Shown here in pieces: positions 1-9,250 of a DNA stretch of 64,000 nucleotides. The position numbers and the translations under genes were made by a program. The DNA comes from Actinomycetota bacterium (GTDB taxonomy: Bacteria; Actinomycetota; JBBINU01). The stretch covers positions 4,833 through 68,832 of the forward strand of contig JBBINU010000011.1 of NCBI GenBank assembly GCA_037443725.1. The letters are read 5' to 3'. The notes under the pieces are model-generated. The model did no database searches. It had not been told where the DNA came from and was given only the letters and a program-made list of their open reading frames with translations. Position 1 is the stretch's first letter. Each line of letters starts with the position of its first letter.

Positions 1-4
1 CCCC

Positions 5-484
5 ATGGAGGAGGCCGCCGCATACAAGCAGCTTATGGAGGACTTCGGTGAGACGCACGAGAGCATATCGCGGAAGGTCGGGAAGAGCAGGACCGCCATC
101 ACCAACAAGCTCCGACTGCTCCAGCTGCCTCCGGCGGTGCAGGCGCTGGTGAGGACGGGGAGGATTGGCGAAGGTCATGCCAGGGCTATCCTGGCGCTGC
201 CCAAGGAGAGGCAGGAGTCCGTGGCCCTGGCCGCTGCCCGAGAGGGGTGGAGCGTTCGGCAGGTTGAGGAGCTTGGCAAGCGGGAGTCCCGCGCGCCTAG
301 GCGGAGAAGAGGCGAGGCTCTGCCGTCAGAGGTGGAGGAGGAACTGGACGTGGCCGAGGAGGCCTTGGGGGTGCGAGTGCGGGTCGTGGGCTACCGGGAG
401 GGGAGCGGAAGGCTGGAGGTGGCTTTCCGCTCCTTGGACGAACTCCGTCTGCTGCTGGCGAGGCTTATTGGCCGTCAGCGGTAG
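5..484 (+). CDS. parB: ParB/Spo0J chromosome partition protein, C-terminal part (5' end outside window)
   Basis: EEAAAYKQL...ISRKVGKSRTAITNKLRLLQLP HTH, GHARAIL, WSVRQVEE; position next to cwlM/trxB and parS sites matches the actinobacterial origin region. Confidence 0.95.
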   Translation: MEEAAAYKQLMEDFGETHESISRKVGKSRTAITNKLRLLQLPPAVQALVRTGRIGEGHARAILALPKERQESVALAAAREGWSVRQVEELGKRESRAPRRRRGEALPSEVEEELDVAEEALGVRVRVVGYREGSGRLEVAFRSLDELRLLLARLIGRQR

Positions 485-838
485 CTTTGGTGGCTTTGGG
501 GCCAAGGGCCTGTGACCGGGTTCTGCCGGAGAGCCGGGCTCCCTCCGGGGGGGCGTTAGGGAGGCGGGGCTTGGAATCCTGAAGCTCCCCTTTCTTTTTC
601 GTTCAGTCCGATCTCTTCTTGGCTGGCGTTTGAGGGGGACGTTGCTTTGGGGATTGGACTCTCTTTGGCTTGGGGCGTGGGGGCAAGTTGAACCGCCGGG
701 GTCTCTAGGGTTATCGGTGTCGAGGGGCAGCCGGAGTCGCGTAATGTGGGGTTTCGGGGCTCGGGGGCTGGTTTGGCCGGGACGTTTGGCCATGGTGGGG
801 TAGGTCGAAAAGGCGGCCTCGGGAGGAGGGGGGGGTTT

Positions 839-1846
839 CTAGGAGGGCGAGAAGAGGGCTTGCAGCGCGGCGGCAAGGGCGGGGAGGAAAGTGCGTTGGG
901 CGGGGGGCCCGTGAAGACGGAGGAGGACGGCGGGGGGGCGAGTCAGTCTCAAGATCGGAATAGAGAGGGGGTAGGGTTCTTGCAGGTCGACGCCGGAACC
1001 TGAAAGGTGGGCGTGTATTAGGGTGGCGGCCCGCTTCCCAATGGCGGAGTGAAAGGACTCGATGCCGAAGTAGTGAAGGGTTGCTGGGGGAGTGGCTGCA
1101 GGGGCGAGGCAGACGAGGAGGTCTGCGTGGATCCTATTAACGTGAGCTATCCGAGTCTGCAAGGGGGGGATAGAGGGGCCCTTGGCAGTCATGCGCACCT
1201 GAAAACCGTGGAGACGGAGGGTTCTAGAGAGGCGAAGGGCCAGGGTGGAGAGACTCTTTGGGTCGGTGAACGATTCGGGGCTGAGGGGGTCCTCGGGTAA
1301 GACGTCGATGATGAGAGTTCTTCGGCGGGTGGAGGGGGCTAGATATAGACTCCTCCGCTCCCGGACGGGTGCGGCGCTCTGCTTGCCCGAGTGATCGGAG
1401 AAGGTCAGGAGGGCCCGAAGGGTGGCGGGGCCGAGGATGCCATCGGCGGGGAGTCCTGCGTGCTTCTGGAACTCCACGAGAGCGCGGGCAGTCCTCGCTC
1501 CGAATATGCCGTCCTCCTTGCCCGCATCGAACCCGAGGGTGTTCAGCCGGCGCTGGAGTTCCCGCACGTCATCTCCGGAAAAAGGCGGTGTGCGGAGGTA
1601 GAGGTTCCTGTCCCCTAGTCGGTAGGTGGCCTCAAGAAGGGCCTTCCAGGTGTCGGGGGTACAGAGGCCGGTCACCGGTAGGCAGCGACTGGACTGAAAG
1701 CGCTTGAGGGCGGCGGCAGTCCCTTCTCCGTAGTGGCCGCTCTCGCGGGGTGGGGTTGCGAATCCGGCGATGGCGAGCAGCCGCTGGAGCTCCCGGACTG
1801 CGGGGGAGCGGGCGCCGGGCGTGAGATGGGGCATAGGCTCGGTCAT
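839..1846 (-). CDS. cwlM: CwlM-like protein: two peptidoglycan-binding domains plus degenerate Amidase_3 domain
   Basis: Two PG_binding_1 repeats (VRELQRLL...ALKRFQSSRCLPVTG; VRELQRRLNTLGF...EFQKHAGLPADGILGPAT), LGDRNLYL linker typical of CwlM, conserved position between trxB and parB. Confidence 0.85.
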   Translation of the reverse strand: MTEPMPHLTPGARSPAVRELQRLLAIAGFATPPRESGHYGEGTAAALKRFQSSRCLPVTGLCTPDTWKALLEATYRLGDRNLYLRTPPFSGDDVRELQRRLNTLGFDAGKEDGIFGARTARALVEFQKHAGLPADGILGPATLRALLTFSDHSGKQSAAPVRERRSLYLAPSTRRRTLIIDVLPEDPLSPESFTDPKSLSTLALRLSRTLRLHGFQVRMTAKGPSIPPLQTRIAHVNRIHADLLVCLAPAATPPATLHYFGIESFHSAIGKRAATLIHAHLSGSGVDLQEPYPLSIPILRLTRPPAVLLRLHGPPAQRTFLPALAAALQALFSPS

Positions 1847-2035
1847 GCGCGGGGTGGGGTGTGAAGGTTCACGGCCTTGGCGTCTAGGGAGCTGGGTAGA
1901 GCGGGCAGGATGGGGTGGGCTGGGGAGTGGAGATGTCGCAGGAGGTGTAGGGTGGGGCTGGGGGTAAGGTGGGGCAGAGTGAAGTGCCTTTGTAGCTGGT
2001 GGGGCGGGAGGTGCGGGGCGGGGTCACGGGGCGGG

Positions 2036-3013
2036 CTAGCGATCATTGAGGCTCGAGAGGTACCGTTCGGCATCGAGAGCGGCCATGCAGCCGCTCCCAG
2101 CTGCGGTCACTGCCTGTCTGTATGTCCTGTCCGCCACGTCGCCTGCGGCGAAGACTCCGGGGACGCTTGTGGCTGTGGACCCGGGCTGTGTCAGGATGTA
2201 GCCGTGCTCGTCCATGTCGAGCTGGCCCCGGAGGAAATCGGTGTTCGGTTTGTGGCCTATGGCGATAAACAGGCCATCCACGGGCAGGTCCGTCCTCTCA
2301 CCCGTCTTGACGTTGCGGAGGCGGAGGCCGACGAGGCGTTCGAGGCCGACCGCGTCCTCGACTACGGTATCCCAGATGAAAGAAATACGCTCGTTCTTGA
2401 AGGCTCGCTCCTGGAGGATGCGGGTAGCGCGGAGCTGGTCCCTGCGGTGTATGATCCAAACCTTCGATGCGTATCTTGTGAGGAAGAGGGCCTCTTCCAT
2501 TGCGGTGTCTCCCCCGCCGACGACGGCCACCACCTTTTCGCGGAAGAAGAAGCCGTCACAGGTGGCGCAGGTGGACACACCCCTTCCCATGAGGCGCCTT
2601 TCGAAGTCGAGGCCGAGGAGCTTGGGAGACGCACCGGTGGCCAGGATGAGGGCTCGGCTTCTCACGGTGAGACCGTCTGCATGGATAGTGAAGGGCCGCT
2701 GGGAGAGGTCAACGGCGGTAGCCGTGCGGGGTAGCAGACGTGCGCCGAAACGCAGGGCCTGCTGGCGCATCCGGTCCATGAGTTCGGGGCCGAGGATGGG
2801 GTCAGGAAAGCCCGGGAAGTTTTCGACCTCGGTGGTGAGCATGAGCTGCCCACCCGGCTCGTTACCCTCGAGGATGAGTGGGTTGAGTTGGGCGCGGGCG
2901 GCGTAAACGGCGGCGGTGAGGCCCGCCGGACCGCTACCCAAGATGACCAGGTCCTCGACATCGCGGAGGGGCACTTCTTGGGTCTGTTCCTGGATTGACA
3001 GGCTCGGGAGCAC
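2036..3013 (-). CDS. trxB: Thioredoxin-disulfide reductase
   Basis: GSGPAGLTAA FAD motif, CATC redox centre, GGGDTAMEEA, AAGDVAD. Start moved to GTG 3013, which has AGGAGG 5 nt upstream. Confidence 0.97.
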   Translation of the reverse strand: MLPSLSIQEQTQEVPLRDVEDLVILGSGPAGLTAAVYAARAQLNPLILEGNEPGGQLMLTTEVENFPGFPDPILGPELMDRMRQQALRFGARLLPRTATAVDLSQRPFTIHADGLTVRSRALILATGASPKLLGLDFERRLMGRGVSTCATCDGFFFREKVVAVVGGGDTAMEEALFLTRYASKVWIIHRRDQLRATRILQERAFKNERISFIWDTVVEDAVGLERLVGLRLRNVKTGERTDLPVDGLFIAIGHKPNTDFLRGQLDMDEHGYILTQPGSTATSVPGVFAAGDVADRTYRQAVTAAGSGCMAALDAERYLSSLNDR

Positions 3014-3112
3014 CTTGCCTCCTTCGTGCTGCTGTGCCCTATGCCCACGCCGGGGCACCAAGTGCATGTTAGCATCGGAGAACCGCCGGGATCGGGACCG
3101 GTGGGGCGAGAT

Positions 3113-3128
3113 TGTTTCACGTGAAACG
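3113..3128. promoter_or_regulatory. parS site
   Basis: TGTTTCACGTGAAACG, 15/16 match to the TGTTTCACGTGAAACA consensus; parB 2.6 kb away. Confidence 0.92.
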
Positions 3129-3183
3129 CTAATCCGGTACATGCCCCTTCCGGGCATGGCTTGGAAAAAGCCGGGGGGCGGAG

Positions 3184-3199
3184 AGTTTCACGTGGAACA
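3184..3199. promoter_or_regulatory. parS site
   Basis: AGTTTCACGTGGAACA, matches the TGTTNCACGTGAAACA-type consensus; 71 bp from the previous site. Confidence 0.88.
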
Positions 3200-3314
3200 T
3201 TGTCGGGGGGCTTGGGAGGCGATGGTTCAGGGTTCGCTGCTGGCACGCGGTCGGGCCTTATTGGCGACCCTGTTGCCTGGTAACGGGCGATCCCAAGCCT
3301 GGAGTCCTACGCGC

Positions 3315-3674
3315 TCAGCGGATTGGTGCGGTAGCGGTAGCCCTTGCGCGCGTGAGAGGCGCGAGAAAGCTCAGTCTGTGGAGGAGACGGGTGCGCGCGC
3401 GTTTCTCCACCGTCACTTTGACGGAGGTTCCCTCGGGCGCGAGATCTACAATCGCCACCTGGGCTGCAGAGGCGAGTGGTTCCAGGGCCTGTCTGACCGT
3501 TTCCGGCTCCGGGTGCGCCGGCCAGAGGCTGGCGGCTTCCAGGGCGAGGTTGCGCGCGTCTCCGTCTGCACCGACGTGGGCAGCGATGACAGCCCCGCCC
3601 TCGAGTGCGAGAAAACCGAGGAGCCCGAGAGCGAGAATGAGCTTAAGGAGCCAGGGAAGTACCACGCCGCGCAT
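3315..3674 (-). CDS. Small single-TM protein, possibly TadE/pilin-like
   Basis: ATG 3674 preceded by GGGAGG; N-terminal hydrophobic helix (LLKLILALGLLGFLALEGGAVI) then VKVTVEKRARTRLL...ATATA, reminiscent of Tad pseudopilins. Family call is weak. Confidence 0.55.
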   Translation of the reverse strand: MRGVVLPWLLKLILALGLLGFLALEGGAVIAAHVGADGDARNLALEAASLWPAHPEPETVRQALEPLASAAQVAIVDLAPEGTSVKVTVEKRARTRLLHRLSFLAPLTRARATATAPIR

Positions 3675-3833
3675 ACCTGCTCGCCTCCCTAAGTTGGGGC
3701 TCTGCCGCCTCCACTTGGAAGAAGGGTGTTGGTTATCTTCCGGGGCCCTTCCCGGAAGCGTGCCGACACCCATAACAAGTCTTCGGCGGTCCAGCGCTGC
3801 CCTTTACGGGCATGCGAAGAGCGAGCGCTGGGG

Positions 3834-6800
3834 TCAGCGGGAGGGCGGGACCCGCGAGAGGGAGGCCCGCAGGCTGCGTGTCAATAGATCCCAGTCCCTT
3901 CGGGAGACCGCCCGGAGGGAAAAGAGGTAGATCAGAGCGCCGGCTAGCGCGAGGGCGGCGAGCAGGAGAAACTCGCTGGATGTGCGCGCAAGCCCTGTTC
4001 CTCGGGACGTGATCGGGGTCCAGAGCTCAGCGACCGCCCATGCGAGGGGAGCGGCCATGAAGAGGGAGGCAGCTGCGGAGCGCGCCAGCGTTCTGACAAG
4101 TTCGCGGTGGGCTCTGAAGCCGGTGGTCTGGTGGAGCGACCACAGGGCTAGCACGGCCCCCAAGCAGTAAGAGAGGGAATAGCCGAGGGCGAGCGCGGCC
4201 ACGCGGCCGCTAGAGGTCCTCAGTGAGGCGAAGAGGGCGATCTGCAACAGGGTTCCCGCGAGGGTGGAGATGAAGTTGATCCGTGCGGGGGTCCGGCTGT
4301 CGTGGAGAGCGTAGAAGGCCCGGACGAGGAGCTGGAAGAGGGTGAATCCCGGGAGCCCGACGGTGAAGGCGAGAAGCGCGGAGGCAACCAGGTCCACCGA
4401 GGCAGTGGTGACGGCGCCATGCTCGAGGGCGGTCTGGACGATGGGTCGGCCTAGAATTAGGTAGCCGAGAGTGGCAGGGGTGATGAGCAGGGCCGAGGCT
4501 CTGAGGCCGAGGGACACAGCCCGGTTGAAGCGGTCCCTGTCGCCAAGGACGGCGAAGCGGGAGAGGGGTGTGAGGAGGACGGTGTGGAGGGAAACGCCGA
4601 GTAACCCGTGGGGGATGATGAAGATTGTGAACGCCGCCTGGTAGGCGGTGAACCCTCCCTGCACGTGTGAGGCTAGGGCCATCACGACAAGAAGAGCAAG
4701 CTGGTTGGTTGCGACGTACAGGAGAATGTGCCGGCTGAGCCTGGCGAGCCGCTGGACGGTGGGGTCGAGCAAGGAGTTGGCGAGGGTGCGCAGGAAGGCC
4801 GGGAGTCGAGGTCCTCTTCCAGAAGGCTCCCCCGTCGCTTCCGGACGAACCAGTGGGTGCTTGCGCTGGTCTTGCTCGGTTGGGGCCTCATGGGTGGCTG
4901 GTGGGACCATGTTCCTGTGCCGTCGGGCCTGTTTGCGAAGAGAAGCCCCCCGCGGTAGGCGGAGGAGGGAGCGCAGCTGTATCCATGGGAGGAGGGCCAT
5001 GCCGGCCACGCCGGCAGTGGTCCCCAGGGCAAGAGCGAGGGTCTGGGCAGGGGAGATGGTTGAGAGGGTCGGCGGATGGCCTCCAGGGAGGACCAAGAGG
5101 AGGAGGGCTGTGGCAACCACGAGGAGGTTGTTCACGGCCGGGGCCAGGGAGGGAAGGGCGAAGCGCCCCGTCGCGTTCACGGCCGCAGTGGCTACCGCCG
5201 CGAGCCCGTAGAGGACGATCTGCGGCAGGAAGAAGGCGAGGAACACGGTGGCGGCTCGGCGGAAGAGCAGCTGCGTGTGGCTCGGCGAGACTCCTCGGGA
5301 GTAGAGCTGGGCGACTAGAGGGGAGAGGAGCACACCCAAGAGGGTGAGGAGCGTGAGGACGAGCGCCACGGCGGTGGCGATCCGGCGAACTGCCTTCGAG
5401 AAGGCCTCCCGACTCTCGTGAAGGGCGTGAACAAAAAGGGGGACCGCAGCACCCGAGAGGATGCCTCCAGCTACTAGCTCGAACACGATATTGGGGGTTG
5501 TGTTGGCAAGATTGTAGGCGTCGGCGAGCCTATCTTCTGCCACGCCTATGCTTGCCACGAGCGCCGCTGTCCTTAGAAAGCCTGTGAGGCGGGAGACGGC
5601 TGTCCCGATGGCCATGGCGGCGCCGGAGCGGAATAGCTTTCCGCGGTCTATCTCAGCTACCAGGTAGCCCTCCGGTTCCTCGAGGTTCTCCAGGTCGGCC
5701 CCGTCCGGCCCCTCGGGGTCGGAGGCCGGGTCCGGGTCCTTCCGGTCCTCCGGGCTCCTGAAATGAGCTGAGGCACCTCCGTCGGTCGCGGCACTTGGCC
5801 TACCTCGGGGGAAGGCGCCTGCCGTGTCCTGGTCGCAAGGTTGTCCTCCCCCGGGTGGTGTCAAGCCCTCGTCTCTAGGGGTACTGGCGTCCTTGGGGGG
5901 CGAAGGAGGCGCTGGTGGAGCTCCCTTCCCCCTCCTCGGCCTCCTTGCGCCCCTCACGATGAGCGCCAGCGCAGCGAGGGCGGTGATTGCCAGCCCTATC
6001 CGGTTATAAGCGGTGCTTCTCACGGGGAGCTCGGCCGTAAGCAGGGGGGGGCCTCCCGAGGGAGGGGCGAGGGAGACCTCTACCAATTCGGTTCCCGTTA
6101 CCTCGGCCCGGGCGGCGAAGAGGAGTACCTGCTGGCCGGGATTGAGGAGGACATTCAGCTCGGGTGAGGGAAAGGCAATCCTCGAGGAGCTTACGCTTAC
6201 TCTGGCTCGCAGGGGGTAAGCAGTTCCGTTGACGAGGGTCACAGGAACCCAGCCTGTTCGAGAGGTGAGGGTGACGGGCGTCACGTCTACTCTCAGCTTG
6301 TTGAGTTCTCCGCGGAGAACGGAAAGCCCAGCGGTGAGCATCTGGTGCTCGGCGCTGCCGGGTCCCGACTTCGACCAGTCTCCTCCCTCGGCGGAGAGAA
6401 GGAGAGCGATGGCGATATGCAGGGGCTGCGGCTCGCCCTCGACCATGCTCGCCAGCCTTGAGTACAGGGTGAGCGCTTGGGTGAGCTCGGGTGGGGGCGT
6501 GGGTAGGTTGGGTCTGGGCAGGAGCTTCCTTGCTGGTCCGCGCGGGAGGGAGAGGGCCTGGCTGGGAGTGAGGAAGCGAAGGAAAGGTACGCGAGGCAGG
6601 AGGGAGAAGAGCGACGTAAGGGCGCCCGGGTCGGGAACGCTGGTCGGGTAGATGGTGGCGACGCGGCGTACGGAGGGGGCCTGGAGCCAGGTCACAGCCG
6701 CCTCCGCGAGGAAGTCGAGGGCGCTTAAGGAGGTGCCTAGCTGGGAGAAGCGACTGGAGAGCGTTTCGTCGGGCAGGAGAGCCATCAGGGTCTCGCCCTG

Positions 6801-8000
6801 CCAGGAGACCGGAGCCGGTGCGGCGGGTGCGAACCTAGGGTCCGCGGGTGGTGAGAGGGAATCCCCGCTAATGAGAGCTGCGGTGAAGTGCTCTTGCAGC
6901 AGGAGGGTGGCGCTTGCCGGATCGAGGCGCCCTGCGTAGGGGGCAAATAGGGGCAGGGCCCGGAAGCCGAGAGCAGACAAGAGGGCCGCAGTCCTGGAGA
7001 TCTGTTGGCGTGCATGCTGAAGTGGGAGACCCCCTGCCAGGGCCGGGAGGTCCACGGGCGCGTAGGTGGAGGCGAGGAGTTCGACGCCAGGCCGGGAGGC
7101 GGCGTTCTTAAGCGCGTCCAGGGTTTTCCGGAGCTGAGGTCTAGTCTCGGGCGAGGAGTCCGCTGCAGGGCGAGGCGGCGCGTTCGGGAAGTCGAGGAAC
7201 CTGCCGTTCACTGCCAGGGCGAGAGGAACGGTTGCGGTAGCTATGGCCTCCAAGGTCTTGGGGACATCGCCTGCTTCCTGTGGGCCGCTGGTGCCGTTTG
7301 TGGTGTTCCAGTCGAGAGGGAGGATGAGCGTCATGTTCAGGGGTGGCGAGGGTTCCGACGGAAGCCAGATGACCCAAGTGAGCGCGGAGATCAGAGCTCG
7401 GCCTCGGGACTCTACCCTGACCTGGAGAGGAAACACGGCAGGGTCGGGCGGGAGCGGTGCTCGGTTGGGGTCAGCCTGGAGATAGATCTCGCGCTCCTCA
7501 CCGGGCCTGAGGGGGGGGACGGTCTCGGCAGCGAGCCTCAGGCCCAGGGAGGGCTGGACACGTCCCTCGACCATCAGGTCGAATTCAGACCGCGTCTCCA
7601 CTGGTGGGGCCAGATACGAGGCCACGACGAGCTCGGGTGAGGTAGAAGGCCCCGGCCAGGCAAGTCTTGCTCGCAGGTAGTACCTGTCTCCGGGGCGGAT
7701 CCAGAGGGTGGCATCGGTGATGGCGAGAAGCGGAGGCTGGTGCGTTGGCTGCGGGGCGGCGGTCGCCCGGGGTACGGCGATGCGCGGAAGGGGGATAAGG
7801 ATGAGCGAGGCCAGTAGGACCGAGGCGAGCCTCGAGGCGAGGCCCCCTCGGGTGTGAAGCACTGTGGGCCACCCTTGGCGCGAGATGGGGCGCGGGCAGC
7901 GAGCGGGCCAGTAGATGTTGCCCGGACCGAGAGGTGAGAGCTCCTGTCTCACGGTCCTTGCCGGCTTCCTTCTCTGAGCAGGGAAGGTCCCCAGCTCCAT
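3834..8000 (-). CDS. murJ: DUF6049-family exported domain fused in frame to lipid II flippase MurJ
   Basis: C-terminal part: RSGAAMAIGTAVSRLTGFLR, DAYNLANTTPNIVFELVAGGILS, FFLPQIVLYGL, LVRAFYALHDSRTP. N-terminal ~690 aa: signal-like helix, ASTYAPVDLPAL, VTLTSRTGWVPVTLVN, TM at RSTAYNRIGLAI. True start may be GTG 7862. Confidence 0.88.
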   Translation of the reverse strand: MELGTFPAQRRKPARTVRQELSPLGPGNIYWPARCPRPISRQGWPTVLHTRGGLASRLASVLLASLILIPLPRIAVPRATAAPQPTHQPPLLAITDATLWIRPGDRYYLRARLAWPGPSTSPELVVASYLAPPVETRSEFDLMVEGRVQPSLGLRLAAETVPPLRPGEEREIYLQADPNRAPLPPDPAVFPLQVRVESRGRALISALTWVIWLPSEPSPPLNMTLILPLDWNTTNGTSGPQEAGDVPKTLEAIATATVPLALAVNGRFLDFPNAPPRPAADSSPETRPQLRKTLDALKNAASRPGVELLASTYAPVDLPALAGGLPLQHARQQISRTAALLSALGFRALPLFAPYAGRLDPASATLLLQEHFTAALISGDSLSPPADPRFAPAAPAPVSWQGETLMALLPDETLSSRFSQLGTSLSALDFLAEAAVTWLQAPSVRRVATIYPTSVPDPGALTSLFSLLPRVPFLRFLTPSQALSLPRGPARKLLPRPNLPTPPPELTQALTLYSRLASMVEGEPQPLHIAIALLLSAEGGDWSKSGPGSAEHQMLTAGLSVLRGELNKLRVDVTPVTLTSRTGWVPVTLVNGTAYPLRARVSVSSSRIAFPSPELNVLLNPGQQVLLFAARAEVTGTELVEVSLAPPSGGPPLLTAELPVRSTAYNRIGLAITALAALALIVRGARRPRRGKGAPPAPPSPPKDASTPRDEGLTPPGGGQPCDQDTAGAFPRGRPSAATDGGASAHFRSPEDRKDPDPASDPEGPDGADLENLEEPEGYLVAEIDRGKLFRSGAAMAIGTAVSRLTGFLRTAALVASIGVAEDRLADAYNLANTTPNIVFELVAGGILSGAAVPLFVHALHESREAFSKAVRRIATAVALVLTLLTLLGVLLSPLVAQLYSRGVSPSHTQLLFRRAATVFLAFFLPQIVLYGLAAVATAAVNATGRFALPSLAPAVNNLLVVATALLLLVLPGGHPPTLSTISPAQTLALALGTTAGVAGMALLPWIQLRSLLRLPRGASLRKQARRHRNMVPPATHEAPTEQDQRKHPLVRPEATGEPSGRGPRLPAFLRTLANSLLDPTVQRLARLSRHILLYVATNQLALLVVMALASHVQGGFTAYQAAFTIFIIPHGLLGVSLHTVLLTPLSRFAVLGDRDRFNRAVSLGLRASALLITPATLGYLILGRPIVQTALEHGAVTTASVDLVASALLAFTVGLPGFTLFQLLVRAFYALHDSRTPARINFISTLAGTLLQIALFASLRTSSGRVAALALGYSLSYCLGAVLALWSLHQTTGFRAHRELVRTLARSAAASLFMAAPLAWAVAELWTPITSRGTGLARTSSEFLLLAALALAGALIYLFSLRAVSRRDWDLLTRSLRASLSRVPPSR

Positions 8001-8177
8001 GGTGACGAGACTACCCCACGGGAGCTCGGCCCTGCCCTCGTGTGGGCCGGGTGCGCGGGCTGCCCACGTCTGGGGCGGGTCCGCGGATGCGCGGATGGCA
8101 GGGAGACCGGGGAGACCTTGTTTTCCGACCGGCCGTAAGGCTCGGTCTCACTTCCGGACAGGGACAGGGAGGGATTG

Positions 8178-8735
8178 CTAGGGCTCGAGGATCCGCCCGG
8201 GACGGTCCGACGCCCCACCTTGGGCCATCTCCCGGGCCCTGGTGAGAATCCGTGCCTCGTTCTTGAAGCTGCATCGGGCGATGGCCTCCTCCCACGGGAG
8301 GAGGAGGACCTGCTCCACCTCCTGGTCGTGGCGCGCCGGGTCGCCTCCAACCACCGTCATGAGGAAGTACCGAACGAACTTGTGGTACCGGAGGCCCTCT
8401 TCCGGCGACACATACCAGTACTCCACGATCCCTATCTCGGGGCCGATCTCGACTTCCAGGCCTGTCTCCTCTTTCACCTCCCGGACTGCAGCGTCCTCAG
8501 GGCTCTCCCCTCTCTCCACGAGCCCCTTGGGAAGGCCGCACTGACGTTCGCCCTTGGGATTGGTTCTCACCGTGAGCGCTACCAGGCCCTCCGGTGTCAC
8601 CGCCACGCCGCCCGCGGACACGGCGCGGGCCACAGGTAGGCGCGGCTTACCGGTGGCGGAGGACTCGGGCCCTCTGCGGCGGGACCCAGTCCGGGAGGGC
8701 TTCGGGTCTCCGGGTCTGACGCCCCTTGAGGTCAT
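8178..8735 (-). CDS. NUDIX hydrolase
   Basis: Nudix box GLPKGLVERGESPEDAAVREVKEETGL; SAGGV motif; usual neighbour of DUF6049-murJ. Confidence 0.93.
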   Translation of the reverse strand: MTSRGVRPGDPKPSRTGSRRRGPESSATGKPRLPVARAVSAGGVAVTPEGLVALTVRTNPKGERQCGLPKGLVERGESPEDAAVREVKEETGLEVEIGPEIGIVEYWYVSPEEGLRYHKFVRYFLMTVVGGDPARHDQEVEQVLLLPWEEAIARCSFKNEARILTRAREMAQGGASDRPGRILEP

Positions 8736-9250
8736 AGCTGGTCTGGAGGGGATGGGCCCAGTTTAGGCAGGATCTGGGCGCCGAGGGCGGGCAGATCCCG
8801 GACTCGGAGCTTGAGGAGAGCTCCGGGGTCGCCGCTGGGAAAGTACAGAATCTCGCCGGCGGTGAGGGAGGCCTCCAAGAACACTTGGGTCCTGTCGGGT
8901 AGGGGGGCTGGCGCGACCAGACCAGGGAGAAAGCCAGTGAGGCTGGCCTCCTCCTCCTCGCTCACGGGCTCAAGACGGCCCTCCAGAGCGAGGGCAAGCC
9001 TGAGCTCTGAGTGGCGTTCCGGGCTCGCCGCTCCCCGCCGTCCTGCCGGTTCGTACAGCACAATTAGGGATGTCGAACCAGAGGCCGACACCTTGTACAC
9101 GCGGGGACAGGCCACCTCCTCAGGCGGCACGCCAAGCTGCTCGGGAGCTTCCTCCATTCTTCTAAGGGGGGTGGGGAGTGGGTAGATCTCGTGTTCGACT
9201 CCAAGCTGTGTGAGCGCTACATGCACATCGATGCTGGAACGCAAGCTCAC
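8732..9250 (-). CDS. YbaK/EbsC-family (aminoacyl-tRNA deacylase-like) protein
   Basis: GVEHEIY..., EQLGVPPEEV, LTGFLPGLVAP (GxxxP), EILYFPSG; 4-bp overlap with the NUDIX gene. Confidence 0.7.
   Translation of the reverse strand: MSLRSSIDVHVALTQLGVEHEIYPLPTPLRRMEEAPEQLGVPPEEVACPRVYKVSASGSTSLIVLYEPAGRRGAASPERHSELRLALALEGRLEPVSEEEEASLTGFLPGLVAPAPLPDRTQVFLEASLTAGEILYFPSGDPGALLKLRVRDLPALGAQILPKLGPSPPDQL

Noticed and set aside
485-838. Gene or ncRNA in the parB-cwlM gap (ORFs 326-793, 556-876)
   Set aside because: Pro/Arg-rich translations, no clear RBS or recognisable RNA family; left unexplained.
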